Positions 27,904 to 37,816 are shown, numbered from the stretch's first letter. The stretch: 64,000 bases of DNA from Myxococcota bacterium (GCA_044344255.1 JBIJDH010000014.1:1-64000); one strand, 5' to 3'. Numbers and translations: made by a program. The notes: generated by a model from the letters alone, not told the origin.

Positions 27904-29145
27904 TCACTCCGCGGGCGGGCGGAGGCCGACGAGCTCGAGGTCGAAGCCGAGGTCGCCGCTGGTGGGCGTGGCTTGATGGATCTCTGCGGTGAGCAGGTTC
28001 TCCCCCTCCTTCAGGTGTGTCGGAGACACCGAGAAATTCGCATAGGCCGTCTCATTACCGACCGAGCCGGTCGCGAACATGTCCGGGTTGGTCGGCCCCG
28101 ATGGCATGTTCGACCGCGCCACATCCACGCCGTTGAGATAGACCACCGCGCCATCATCGCGGAGGAGCCGCAGGGAGAGCTCTTGGAAGAGCGCGACGTC
28201 ACTGACCGTGAAGGTCATTCGGAAGTAGGCGGCATAATATCGGTCGCCGCCGCTGCCCCCCGAATTGATGGTGGTGACGATGTGGGTGTCGCCATAGCCC
28301 AAGGGGCCGGCGCCGGTGGGCCAGGTGGAGGCATCATAGGAGTCGTAGATCCAGTTCGAAGCCGGACCATTCGGCTTATCCCAGTAGCTCCAGGTGCTGC
28401 CTGCTGGCAGGAGTGTCACCTCATCAAAGTCGATGACCGGAGGCGGGACGTTGGAGGCGTCCGGGCTGCCCGCATAGACCACCTCCCAGCAGTCGGCACC
28501 CCGGCAGCAGTCGGTGATGCGGGCAGCGGCCATGTCCTTGCCGATGGTGCCGTACTCGACGATCGTGCCGCGGCCGTCGTCCGCATAGAGGGCGACCTCC
28601 CCGCCGTCACTGTCCAGCCGGAAGGAGAGGTGGTTGCCCCCGAGCGAGGGGTCGCCGTCCGCGAAGAACAGCGCGAAGCCGAGGGCCGGCACGACGGAGC
28701 CCTCGGGCAACACTGAACGGTCCGCCTCCTCTCGATCGTCGGTGAAGGACCAACCTGCGACAGACACGTCGGCGTCGGTCGGGTTGTGGAGCTCGATCCA
28801 GTCGGCGGGCTCCGCCTCGTCGCTGGGCAGCGTCCCGCCATTGTCGGTCATCAGCTCGTTGATGCAGAGCGGGAGCGGCTCCGGCGGGAGCGGCTCGTCG
28901 CCGGTGTCGTCGGGCTCACCGGTCTCGTCGGGGGGGGCGGTCTCTCCGCCGCCCGAGTCGCCGGAGTCACCGGTCGGCGCGGGGCCGCTGTCTCCGATGC
29001 CCCCGCCGTCGTCGCTCCCCTTGCAGGTCGATCCGGAGCAGAGGGCGCTCCCCGGCGCACAGCCGCTCGGGCCGACCGCGAGCAGCGAGAGCAGCGAGAG
29101 CAGCGAGAGGCCCGACAAAGAGACGCGGAGGTCGAGGCGGCGCAT
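27904..29145 (-). CDS. lamin-tail-domain lipoprotein with C-terminal beta-sandwich
   Basis: CINELMTDN..DWIELHN..HLSFRLDSDGGEVAL; RDDGAVVYLNG..NLLTAEIHQ. Confidence 0.85.
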   Translation of the reverse strand: MRRLDLRVSLSGLSLLSLLSLLAVGPSGCAPGSALCSGSTCKGSDDGGGIGDSGPAPTGDSGDSGGGETAPPDETGEPDDTGDEPLPPEPLPLCINELMTDNGGTLPSDEAEPADWIELHNPTDADVSVAGWSFTDDREEADRSVLPEGSVVPALGFALFFADGDPSLGGNHLSFRLDSDGGEVALYADDGRGTIVEYGTIGKDMAAARITDCCRGADCWEVVYAGSPDASNVPPPVIDFDEVTLLPAGSTWSYWDKPNGPASNWIYDSYDASTWPTGAGPLGYGDTHIVTTINSGGSGGDRYYAAYFRMTFTVSDVALFQELSLRLLRDDGAVVYLNGVDVARSNMPSGPTNPDMFATGSVGNETAYANFSVSPTHLKEGENLLTAEIHQATPTSGDLGFDLELVGLRPPAE

Positions 29146-30476
29146 CACAGTCCCCACCAGCTTCGGAGGTAGTCCGGGCGAGTCGACACCCAGGTGTACA
29201 TGGCCGCCTGCGCCGACGCGACGCTCTCCGCCGAGCACTCCCGGCGGGGGTCGTCGGCGATGGCGTCGGCGGTGACCAGCGCGATCTCGTCGAGCAGGGC
29301 CGTATAGGCGGCCGCGTCATAGGTGTTGACGAGGTCCTCGGCGTGGGCCTTCCAGGCGGCGTGACAGTCCCCTCCGTCATTCATACAGTAATACGCCAGC
29401 CGCCCCCGGGGGGTCGCCCAGTTCATTCCCCACTGGTAGTCCTCGAGGAAGGCATAGTCGAGATCCCAGGGGAGGATCTCCATCTTGCCGTCGTCCGCGT
29501 CGAAGTAGAGGAAGTTGTTGTTCGTGTTCAGCGAATAACCGTCGTTGTGCCCGACCCACTGCTCCCAGGCGAGGTAAGCGAGCACCTGGTCCCAATCAAC
29601 ATAGGCCCCGAGCGTCGAATAGTAGCTCGCGGTGCCGGCGGAGACGTCGATCGCCGCGGTGACGTTGTGGATGTCGACGTGCGAGACGTCCGTGCCCTCT
29701 TCCAGGGTGTAGAGGTCCTGTACGCTGGTGTAGAAGTCGAGCAGCGTATAGGAATAGCCGCCGTACCAGACATACTTGCCGTCATAGAGGTTGCCCGAAG
29801 GGTCCTCGTAGTTCCTCCGCAAAAAGTCGCCGTCGGGGTGCTCGAGCAGGTTGTAGAGCCCGTAATCGGAGCCATTCACGGTCACCCAGGCCCAGCCGGT
29901 GCGGAGGGTGGGCACACCCTGATCCGCGAGCGCCCGATAGCCCAGGTGCTCCTTCATGTAGCTGCAATCGACCGACATGTTGTTCAGGTTGAACTTCTTG
30001 ACCCCGTAATATTCGCGCCCCTCCAACTCTCGATCGAGGTCGATCTTGAAGGCCGCCTTGTCGGCGAGGGTCCGGAAGGAGCCGATCTTGCCCTTGAGTC
30101 GCACACCCACGCCGGTGATCTTGTCGCCGTCGAATTCAAGCTCGCCGTCTACATAGGTGTAGGGATCGGCGGTGAGCCCGTTGATCGCCGCCTCATCGAG
30201 CCGGATGTCGATGACGTGGATGGTGTCGGCGGAGAAGATCCAGTCGGAGGGATCCTCGGCGCTCGGCACCGTCTCGACCTCGACGACCGGCGGCACGGCG
30301 CTGTCGCCCGTGTCGGGCTCCGCGGTCTCGACGGCGGGGCTGTCGGCCGGCGGATCGCTGTCCTCGGGGGGACGGCTGTCGCTCGGAGGTGCGGAGTCCT
30401 CCGTCGGGAGATCGAGGGCCCCCGCGTTGTGGGGACCGGCGTCACAGGCGAGGAGGAGCAGCAGGAGCGAGCGCAT
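29145..30476 (-). CDS. CotH-family kinase lipoprotein
   Basis: LLAC lipobox; VGVRLKG..SFR..KAAFKIDL..NLNN..D; DGY..NN..LY..ILPWDLD. Confidence 0.9.
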   Translation of the reverse strand: MRSLLLLLLACDAGPHNAGALDLPTEDSAPPSDSRPPEDSDPPADSPAVETAEPDTGDSAVPPVVEVETVPSAEDPSDWIFSADTIHVIDIRLDEAAINGLTADPYTYVDGELEFDGDKITGVGVRLKGKIGSFRTLADKAAFKIDLDRELEGREYYGVKKFNLNNMSVDCSYMKEHLGYRALADQGVPTLRTGWAWVTVNGSDYGLYNLLEHPDGDFLRRNYEDPSGNLYDGKYVWYGGYSYTLLDFYTSVQDLYTLEEGTDVSHVDIHNVTAAIDVSAGTASYYSTLGAYVDWDQVLAYLAWEQWVGHNDGYSLNTNNNFLYFDADDGKMEILPWDLDYAFLEDYQWGMNWATPRGRLAYYCMNDGGDCHAAWKAHAEDLVNTYDAAAYTALLDEIALVTADAIADDPRRECSAESVASAQAAMYTWVSTRPDYLRSWWGL

Positions 30477-30549
30477 GCACCCAAGATACCGCGCGCAGCG
30501 CCGAGTGGCCCGGCCCGTCGGGCGCACCGGCCCGCCGCTCCACCGCCGC

Positions 30550-32007
30550 TCAGAGGCTGCCCTTCAGGCGTTCGAGCTCGATGAGCGCGGTCTGGTAGTC
30601 GGTGCCGGCCTTCTCCACCGCCACCCGGGCGTCGCTCTCCTGTCGGATGGCCTCGAGCACGTCCTTCTGGATGGCCCGCCCAGAGGCCTGGAGCGCCTTC
30701 TGCGCGGCGAGGGACTGCACGGCGAGGTCGAGGTTGGCGCGGGCGAGCTGCACCTTGGCCTCCGCCGACTCGAGGATCTGGACCTGCGCCAGAACGCCGG
30801 CGGCCACTTTGCGCTCGGCGGAGGAGAGCTCGATGCGTGCCACCCCCGCGGCGGCCGACGCAGACTGGAGCTCACCCCGATCGGCCCGGTTTCCGAGCGG
30901 CACCGACAAGACGGCGCCGATGTTCCAGTCATAGAGGTCACCGGCGAACATGCCGCCCACCGCGGCGCCGGTCGAGCTGTCGAAGCCGTTGATCCCCACC
31001 CCGCCGACCGCGTTGAGCTCGGGGAGCCGCTGATGGCGCGCGTTGTCGGCCACCTCCACCGCGCCCTCGACCCGGCTGCGCTGGGCGCGGAGGGTGGGGT
31101 TGTTGGCGAGGGCCGTCTCGACCGCCGCGCTGGCGTCGATGGAGAGGGCGACCGCCGCGGCGGGCTCCGTGGAGAGGGTGACCGGCTGGCCGGGCTCCTC
31201 CCCAAGCACGAGCAGCAGCGAGTCGGCGCTGGCCCGGGCGCTGTTCTGGGCGTCGAGCAGGGCGGAGCGGGCCACCACGAGGAGGGCGTCCACCCGGTAG
31301 CGCTCGAGGGGGGCCAGGGCGCCCTGCTCGACCCGCGCGGTCACGACCCGCTGCTCTTCGGCGGCCACCGCGACGCCCTGCTCGGCGATGGCGACGAGGC
31401 GCTGCTGGTACCAGAGCGACCAGTACTGCTGGGCGGCGGTGGCGAGGGTCTGCTGACGGGTCGCCTCGCGCAGGAGGGACGCCTGATCGAGGTCCCGCGA
31501 GGCCCGGTGCACGCCTTCGAGGTTCGAGGCCATCCGATGGCCCTGCAGGAGGGCCTGGCTGAGGCTGACGCCCAGCCGGCTCGTCGCGACCGGGGCGGTG
31601 TCCTGATACTGGAACTCCTGGTCGGTGCCGAGAGAGCGGTAGGTGATGTCCGACTGGCTGCGGCCGCTGGTCCAGTCGAGGCTGGCGTTCGTGCCGGTCT
31701 GAAAGTAGGCGCCCAAGGAGGCGGTCCAGTCGGTGCTGTTCTGCTTCGAGAAGAACTCGAAGCTGCTCTGCCGGTATTTGGAGGTGGAGCCTCCGTAGCG
31801 GCCCGACCCCGACAAGGTGGGATCGAAGAGCCCGCGCGCCGCCAGCAAGGCCCCCTCGGCGCCCTCCACCTCCTGCCCGGCGACAGCGAGATCGGCGTTG
31901 TGGTCAACGGCCTGCTGCAGCGCCGCTGCATAGTCGAGGGTGATGGCGGCGGCCTGCCCCGAGGGGAAGAGGCCGAGAGCGAGGATCAGGTGCCGGGTCC
32001 AGCTCAT
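30550..32007 (-). CDS. TolC-family outer membrane efflux protein
   Basis: Signal peptide; ITLDYAAALQQAVDHN; two OEP-like halves; ends IELERLKG. Confidence 0.88.
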   Translation of the reverse strand: MSWTRHLILALGLFPSGQAAAITLDYAAALQQAVDHNADLAVAGQEVEGAEGALLAARGLFDPTLSGSGRYGGSTSKYRQSSFEFFSKQNSTDWTASLGAYFQTGTNASLDWTSGRSQSDITYRSLGTDQEFQYQDTAPVATSRLGVSLSQALLQGHRMASNLEGVHRASRDLDQASLLREATRQQTLATAAQQYWSLWYQQRLVAIAEQGVAVAAEEQRVVTARVEQGALAPLERYRVDALLVVARSALLDAQNSARASADSLLLVLGEEPGQPVTLSTEPAAAVALSIDASAAVETALANNPTLRAQRSRVEGAVEVADNARHQRLPELNAVGGVGINGFDSSTGAAVGGMFAGDLYDWNIGAVLSVPLGNRADRGELQSASAAAGVARIELSSAERKVAAGVLAQVQILESAEAKVQLARANLDLAVQSLAAQKALQASGRAIQKDVLEAIRQESDARVAVEKAGTDYQTALIELERLKGSL

Positions 32008-32119
32008 CCGAGCTCCGTCTGAGATCGCTCCCCCTAATCTGCGCCGGCCCCGGCGGGAGCATCGACGCGGGTCGACGGGGCTCGGGACTCCGATTAGACC
32101 GGCCGGCTGGGGGTGTTGC

Positions 32120-32572
32120 GTGGCCGTCGGCAAGAAGACCGTGGGGAAGGGAGCCCCGAGCGCCGGCCGAGCCGCACGACGCGCCGACGGGCCTGCGGTG
32201 AGCGACCGGGCCCGCCCCCTCATTGACCTCTTGGGCGCCCTCTTCGAGCCCGCCGAGCTTCGCGCCTTCGTCCAGCGCATGAAGGGGGGCGCCGCCCTCG
32301 CCGCCGCCCTCCCCGGCCCCACCACCCCCCGCCCCGCGCTCGCCGCGGCGGCGGTCTCGGCGATCGAGGGGGCCGGCCTGCTCAACGCGGCGCTCTGGAA
32401 CGACCTCCTCCGGGCGAAGCCCAAGAACGAGCGCCGGATCACCACCGCCTGGGAGGCCTGGGCTGGCATGGAGGGCGACGACGGGGGGAGGGATGACGAG
32501 GGCGCCGAAGACGAGCTGCTCGTCTACTCGGCCGACGCCGGGAAAGAAGAAGAAGAAGAGGACCAGTGGTAG
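32120..32572 (+). CDS. small helical protein, effector-associated-domain-like, acidic tail
   Basis: LIDLLGALFEPAELRAFV...LPG.....ALAAAAVSAIE..GLL...LW..L....P. Confidence 0.55.
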   Translation: MAVGKKTVGKGAPSAGRAARRADGPAVSDRARPLIDLLGALFEPAELRAFVQRMKGGAALAAALPGPTTPRPALAAAAVSAIEGAGLLNAALWNDLLRAKPKNERRITTAWEAWAGMEGDDGGRDDEGAEDELLVYSADAGKEEEEEDQW

Positions 32573-32601
32573 CCTCCACCACCTCCCATCGGGGTGCGCC
32601 C

Positions 32602-33525
32602 ATGGCCTCTCGTCGCGCCGAACAGACCCGCCCGCCCCGCAGACCCTCCTCCAACAGCGGCGGCGGCGGCGGGAGCAAGCTCCTGCTGGTCGGCTGCCTC
32701 GTCGTCTTCCTGCTGCTGCTCTGCTGCGGCGGCCTCGGCGGCGGCGGCCTCTACGGGGTGATGCGCTGGATGAAGGGGCAGACCCCCTACGTCGAGGCGA
32801 TGACCGCCCTCTCCACGAACAGCGACTGCGAGCGCCTGCTCGGCCGCCCGATGGAGGACGGCTTCCTGGCCCTCGGCACGATCCAGCGAGACGACGCCGG
32901 CGGCACGGCCTCGATGCAGGTGCCGGTCAGCGGCCCGATGGGCAGCGGCCTGCTCCGCTTCGAGGCCACCGCCGAGGGCGACACCTGGGCCTTCTCCACG
33001 CTCCAGCTCACGATGGACGGCAGCGGCGAGCAGATCGACCTCCTCGCGGACGTGCAGGCCGCCCACTCCAACGCCGTGGCCGGCGAGGTGGACGACATCA
33101 TGCGCGAGGCAGAGGCCCTCGCCGGGCAGGGCCGCTTCGACCAGGCGGTGAAACGCTGCGATGACGCGCTCGCCCGCGACCCCGCCCTCCTCCGCGGCTG
33201 GCTGCTGCGCGGACGCGCGAACCTCAGCGCCGGCGAGGTCGCCGCCGCGGAGGCCGACCTCAACCGGGTCCTCGCCCTCTCCCCCGATCACCCCGAGGCC
33301 GCGCTCCACCTCGGGCTGATCTACGAGATGACCGCCCGCCCCGCCGAGTGCGTAGACGCCTTCACCAAGGTGCTGCGGGCCGACAGCAGCGAGGCCCTCC
33401 CTTGGTACCACCGCGCCCTCTGCTTCGAGCGCCTGGAGGAGCCCCGTCAGGCCCTCGCCGGCGCCCGAGAGGCCTGCAGCCGCGGCCTCAGCGACGCCTG
33501 CACGATGGCCAAGCGGCTCGAGTAG
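32602..33525 (+). CDS. Coa1-like domain + TPR membrane protein
   Basis: TM; Y.EAM.......LLG.PM...GTASMQVPVSGPMGSG..W.F..L....IDLL; C-terminal TPRs. Confidence 0.8.
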   Translation: MASRRAEQTRPPRRPSSNSGGGGGSKLLLVGCLVVFLLLLCCGGLGGGGLYGVMRWMKGQTPYVEAMTALSTNSDCERLLGRPMEDGFLALGTIQRDDAGGTASMQVPVSGPMGSGLLRFEATAEGDTWAFSTLQLTMDGSGEQIDLLADVQAAHSNAVAGEVDDIMREAEALAGQGRFDQAVKRCDDALARDPALLRGWLLRGRANLSAGEVAAAEADLNRVLALSPDHPEAALHLGLIYEMTARPAECVDAFTKVLRADSSEALPWYHRALCFERLEEPRQALAGAREACSRGLSDACTMAKRLE

Positions 33526-33576
33526 GCAGGCCCGGCCTCGCGCCCGGTCCCCCGGACCCCATCCGGAGCGAGCGGC

Positions 33577-34281
33577 TCAGCCTCGGCGGGCGCGCAGCCA
33601 GCGGGCGTGCGGGAGCTCGGTGAAGAGCACCTTGAGGTGGTCCTTACCCACCGGCCAGGAGAGGGCCTTGCTCTCTCCGCCGGCCCGCTGCCCCTCCCGC
33701 GTGGGCAGCTCGGCGATCTTCCAGCCCTGGTGCATGGCCCGGATGCTGATCTGATACTCGATCGGGAAGCGCTTGACCGTCGTGCCGAGGTCGAGGAAGG
33801 CCTGCCGGCGCATCGCTCGGAAGCCGTTGATCGTGTCGGTGACGAAGGGCCCGCGGTGGAAGAAGCCGTTCGCGATGCGCGTGAGCAGCTCATTGACACG
33901 GGCGCGGGCCCGGACAGCGTCCTTCTCTTCGTTCTCGGCCCCGTCGGCGAAGCGGCTGGCGATGGCGAGGTCGAAGCCCTGGATGAGCAGGTCGTCGAGG
34001 CGCTCGATGTCGGCCGGATCTTCGTTGCCGTCCGGGGAGTAGTAGACGATGCGCTCGGTGTCGGAGGCCTCGGCCGCCACCCGGAAGGCGACGCCGCGGC
34101 CGCGGATCGGCTGCGAGAGCACCGGCACCCCGCGGGCCTCCATGAACTCCCGACTGCCGTCGGTCGAGCCTCCGTCTACCGCCACCACCCGGCGGAAGGC
34201 GGCCAGCGGGAGCTGATCCCAGAGGAGTCGGAGGCCGTCGATCTCGTTCAACGTGAGCAGGACGAGCGTGCTGTCGCGCAT
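33577..34281 (-). CDS. glycosyltransferase family 2
   Basis: TLNE, VDGGSTDGS, GRG.A, PDGNEDP, IASRF, TDTINGFRA. Confidence 0.9.
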   Translation of the reverse strand: MRDSTLVLLTLNEIDGLRLLWDQLPLAAFRRVVAVDGGSTDGSREFMEARGVPVLSQPIRGRGVAFRVAAEASDTERIVYYSPDGNEDPADIERLDDLLIQGFDLAIASRFADGAENEEKDAVRARARVNELLTRIANGFFHRGPFVTDTINGFRAMRRQAFLDLGTTVKRFPIEYQISIRAMHQGWKIAELPTREGQRAGGESKALSWPVGKDHLKVLFTELPHARWLRARRG

Positions 34282-35273
34282 CAGGGCCCCAGGAGGTGTT
34301 GCTGCTCTAAGAAGGCGAGGACCTTTCGGGCGATGAGGTCGCTGCCGTCCGCGTTCGCGTGGCCCCGATCTCGCTCGAAGTAGAGCAGCTTGTCCCGGGT
34401 GGCCGCCTCCATCTCGCCCTGAAAGTCGAGGTACGGCACACCCAAGGCCTCCGCGGCGGCCTCCTGGATGTGCCGGTGCTCAGCGGTGTATCCGGAGCGC
34501 TCGAGCGGGTAGCCGAAGATGACCGGCGCGCCGCCCACCGCCCGCACCCGCTCGACCAGCGCCCGAAGGTTGGCGACGTAGTCTTCGGGGGGCACGCGGA
34601 AGACGCCGTCCTCGCCGCCCTCCACCCGCTCCTTGGCCTGGATCTGGACCGAGCCCAAGAGCGACTTCACGCCGAGGTAGAGCTTGAGGTTGTAGAGGAG
34701 GTGGTCCTTCAGGAAGCGAGCGTCCTGCTGGAGGATCGCCTGGCTCTTGTCGGTGTAGGCGGCCTTGCGGGCGTCTTGGACGAGGAAGCCGATGATCACG
34801 ACGTCGGGCTGGTAGTCGTGGAGCAGACCGTCCCAGAGCCAAAGGCCCTGGAAGCTCGAGTAGCCGGGCTGCCCGGCGTTGATGACCTCGAGGTCTGCGT
34901 GGCCCGCCTCCCGGCCCAGCACCTCGAGGCGGTAGGGGTAGCTCTGCTCATCCTCGACGCCCCAGCCGAAGGTGGTGGAGCAGCCCATCGCCATCACGCG
35001 ACGCCGGTCTGCGGGCTTCTTCTGCTCGTGGATGGGAGCGCGGAGGCCGTGGGCGTCGGTGGAGACGCCGAAGACGCGGCCCTCTTCCTTGTGCTCCTTC
35101 TGGTCCCGCTTCAGGTTCGGGTCGAGCAGCCAATAGGGCTCAGCGTGGGTGAAGCTGTCCTTGAAGGAGGGCCAGCCGGCCGCGCGCAGGCCGAGCTCAG
35201 CCCCACCGAGCACGGTCCCCGCCGTGATCAGCGAGAAGACCAGCTTGCGACCGACGCTCGTGCCCTCAGCCAC
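34281..35273 (-). CDS. SGNH/GDSL hydrolase family protein
   Basis: MGCSTTFGWGV, INAGQPGYSS, DRGH.N..G. Confidence 0.88.
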   Translation of the reverse strand: MAEGTSVGRKLVFSLITAGTVLGGAELGLRAAGWPSFKDSFTHAEPYWLLDPNLKRDQKEHKEEGRVFGVSTDAHGLRAPIHEQKKPADRRRVMAMGCSTTFGWGVEDEQSYPYRLEVLGREAGHADLEVINAGQPGYSSFQGLWLWDGLLHDYQPDVVIIGFLVQDARKAAYTDKSQAILQQDARFLKDHLLYNLKLYLGVKSLLGSVQIQAKERVEGGEDGVFRVPPEDYVANLRALVERVRAVGGAPVIFGYPLERSGYTAEHRHIQEAAAEALGVPYLDFQGEMEAATRDKLLYFERDRGHANADGSDLIARKVLAFLEQQHLLGP

Positions 35274-35275
35274 GC

Positions 35276-36148
35276 TCAGTCTCCGATGCCGCTGGAGGGG
35301 GAGATCTCGATCGCGGTGTGGTCTTCGATGCTCCCCGACTTGAACCACACGTTGTCGTAGAGCGTGTCGTCGTTGATGCGGTAGCTGATCTCCCCGTGTT
35401 CGGGCGCCACGAAGACGAGCTTCGAGCCCACGGGCTTGATCACCTCGACCCCCTCGGGGCTCACGAAGCGCAGCACCAGGATCCCCTGGTAGCAGCCCTC
35501 GAGGTTGCAAGGCAGCGTCGTGCTGCCGAGCGTGGGCTTGTCCTTGTCTCCCTCGACCGTGATCCAGGGGCCGTCGGGGGCGAGGCGGTACTTGTCGCTC
35601 ACCGTGCCGGTGACCCGGATGGTGTCCCCCTTACAGATGGGCAAGATACGCTGCCAGGACTGGCCGATGTCGAGGTAGTCGAACATCGTGTAGTTGAAGG
35701 GCGAGACACACTGGCCCGAATTCAGCTTCGCCGACAGGCTGCGCAGCCACTCGCCCCAGGCCTCCTTGCTCCCGCCCGTGGCGGCGATCTTGCACTGATC
35801 CAGGTTCTGGCGGGCGACACCCTCGATGGCCTCGGGGCGGCCGAGGAGGATGTTCTCCACGGACTCGGCCGGGGTCTCCGGCAGGCTGAGGCCGTCGGTG
35901 TGCTCCCCCTTCCACTGCTTGAGCATCTCGTTGAGCGCCTCGCCGCGGGCCTTCCGGCGGGACATCTCATCCAGCTTGCTGAAGTCAGGGGGGTAGTAGC
36001 AGTCGAAGGACCAGGTCGCCTCCTTCTGCCACCCGACCGGCGGCGGCGGCGGCGGGCCCTTCTTCTTCTTGGCGAAGCAGGCCGGCGAGGCGGCCAGGGC
36101 GACGAGGGCGAGCGCGGCGATGCGAAGGGTGGAGGCGTTGGCGGACAT
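35276..36148 (-). CDS. secreted hypothetical protein
   Basis: Signal peptide, poly-Pro, paired Cys. Confidence 0.75.
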   Translation of the reverse strand: MSANASTLRIAALALVALAASPACFAKKKKGPPPPPPVGWQKEATWSFDCYYPPDFSKLDEMSRRKARGEALNEMLKQWKGEHTDGLSLPETPAESVENILLGRPEAIEGVARQNLDQCKIAATGGSKEAWGEWLRSLSAKLNSGQCVSPFNYTMFDYLDIGQSWQRILPICKGDTIRVTGTVSDKYRLAPDGPWITVEGDKDKPTLGSTTLPCNLEGCYQGILVLRFVSPEGVEVIKPVGSKLVFVAPEHGEISYRINDDTLYDNVWFKSGSIEDHTAIEISPSSGIGD

Positions 36149-36217
36149 CAGGCGACCTCTCGGAGGGGTGGCATTGAATAGCCCGGTCGCCCCCGGACAG
36201 TCGAGGGCGAGGCCAAT

Positions 36218-36259
36218 TCCTGCAACACCGAATCCTGCAACACCGAATCCTGCCACACC
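36218..36259. repeat. 15-bp tandem repeat, about 3 copies (tcctgcaacaccgaa)
   Basis: Read directly in the intergenic region. Confidence 0.85.
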
Positions 36260-36268
36260 AGACGAAGA

Positions 36269-36297
36269 ACGGGGAAGCCCCAGTGGAGCTTCCCCGT
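36269..36297 (-). terminator. probable intrinsic terminator after atpE
   Basis: acggggaagc / gcttccccgt stem followed by a pyrimidine run on the minus strand. Confidence 0.6.
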
Positions 36298-36336
36298 CCC
36301 CGAGGTGACGGAGCCCGGGAGGGCCCCGCCGAAGCC

Positions 36337-36651
36337 TCAGATCTTGCCGGTGAGCTGGATGCCGATCACCAGCGCGTAGATGACCAGGGACTCGATGAGG
36401 GCGAGGCCGATGATCATCGGGGTGAAGATCTTGCCGGAGGCGGCGGGGTTGCGGGCGATGCCCTCGAGGGCAGCCGTGGCGGCGCGGCCCTGGGCGATGG
36501 CGCCGCCGGCAGCGGCGATGCCGATGGCGAGGCCGGCGCCGAGGCCGACGTAGCCCTTGTAGCTGGCGCCGCCGTCCTGTGCGAAGGCGGTGCTCGACAT
36601 CATGAGGAGCGCGAACATGACGGGCAGCACGCGGAACAGCTTGGACTTCAT
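36337..36651 (-). CDS. atpE: ATP synthase F0 subunit c with N-terminal signal-like extension
   Basis: GLGAGLAIG..AQG..GIARNP..GLALIESLVIYA. Confidence 0.95.
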   Translation of the reverse strand: MKSKLFRVLPVMFALLMMSSTAFAQDGGASYKGYVGLGAGLAIGIAAAGGAIAQGRAATAALEGIARNPAASGKIFTPMIIGLALIESLVIYALVIGIQLTGKI

Positions 36652-36698
36652 CTTTTCCTCCGAATCGAGTAAACGGGGTGGTTGGTCGCCGGCGGGGC

Positions 36699-37442
36699 TC
36701 AGTGCCCCTCCTCGTGAGCGACGGCGAGAGAGACGTATACGCAGGTGAGGAGCGTGAACACGAAGGCCTGGACGAACGAGACGAAGATCCCGAGGCCCAG
36801 GAAGATCGACGGGATGACGACGGGCACGAGGTCGGACATAATTCCGAAGACGGTGTGGTCGCCGTAGATGTTGCCCATGAGGCGGAGCGACAGCGAGACC
36901 GGCCGGACGCAGAGCCCGATGACCTCGACGACCAGCATCAGCGGGGCCAGCCACCAGACCGGCCCGAGCAGATGCTTGACGTAGTGGACGCCGTTGCGCG
37001 CGAGGCCCGCCACGTTGAAGACCACGAAGACCGTGAGCCCCAGCGCGAGGTTGCTGCTGAAGTTGTCGGTGGGGGGGAGCCCGCCCGGCAGGATGGAGAC
37101 GAGGTTGCCGAACAGCACGTAGATGAACAGGCCGCCGATCAACCAGAAGAAGGCACGGGCGTCCTTCTTCCCCATGATCCCCTCGGCGAGATCGAAGATC
37201 GCGCTCGTGTAGATCTCGAAGAAGTGCCGGATGGTGAGCGAGCTCTCGGGGACGAACTGCATCGTCCCCCCCTTGGCTTGGAGCGAGCCAAGGCCGCTGC
37301 GCGCCACGAGGGCCAGGCCCACGAGGACAAAACAAACAGCCCAATTCGAGAGTACGGCGATGGCGTCGCCGTGGTCCATGCCCATGGCCTCCAGCGCGTG
37401 CGCTGGGCCTTCGAGGAGCTGGAGCCAGGAGAAGTGATACAT
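36699..37442 (-). CDS. atpB: ATP synthase F0 subunit a
   Basis: RPVSLSLRLMGNI..H; VQAFVFTLLT.VY. Confidence 0.95.
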   Translation of the reverse strand: MYHFSWLQLLEGPAHALEAMGMDHGDAIAVLSNWAVCFVLVGLALVARSGLGSLQAKGGTMQFVPESSLTIRHFFEIYTSAIFDLAEGIMGKKDARAFFWLIGGLFIYVLFGNLVSILPGGLPPTDNFSSNLALGLTVFVVFNVAGLARNGVHYVKHLLGPVWWLAPLMLVVEVIGLCVRPVSLSLRLMGNIYGDHTVFGIMSDLVPVVIPSIFLGLGIFVSFVQAFVFTLLTCVYVSLAVAHEEGH

Positions 37443-37816
37443 CAGCCCTCTCCGACCTGGAGTTCAGAACGTAGCCCGAGGATGGCGTGGAGCAGGATGG
37501 CGGAGACCACCACCGAGCTCCCCATGGCCACAGCCTCGAAGGGAAAACGGCCGCCGAGCCACCACAGGGTGAGCACCAGCAGACCGAACTTGAGCACATG
37601 CGTGAGGACCGGCAGCGCCGAGCCCTCACCGGTCGCCGCCGACCGGAGGAGCCCGCGGACCACGAAGGCCCACACGAGCAGGTTGGCGAGCACCAGCCCG
37701 CCCGAGACCGCCACGCCCGCCGCGAACTCGACGCCGCCGATCCCCGCACCTACGGCCGACATCACCACCAACACGAGGGTGGCGCTAATCGCGAGGCTTC
37801 GGAGGCTCACGGTCAT
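37442..37816 (-). CDS. atpI: ATP synthase protein I
   Basis: 4-TM small protein directly upstream of atpB. Confidence 0.75.
   Translation of the reverse strand: MTVSLRSLAISATLVLVVMSAVGAGIGGVEFAAGVAVSGGLVLANLLVWAFVVRGLLRSAATGEGSALPVLTHVLKFGLLVLTLWWLGGRFPFEAVAMGSSVVVSAILLHAILGLRSELQVGEG

Noticed and set aside
36652..37749. Long N-terminal extension of atpE in the ORF track (470 aa)
   Set aside because: Overlaps atpB/atpI out of frame; the real start is at 36651 with a GGAGG RBS
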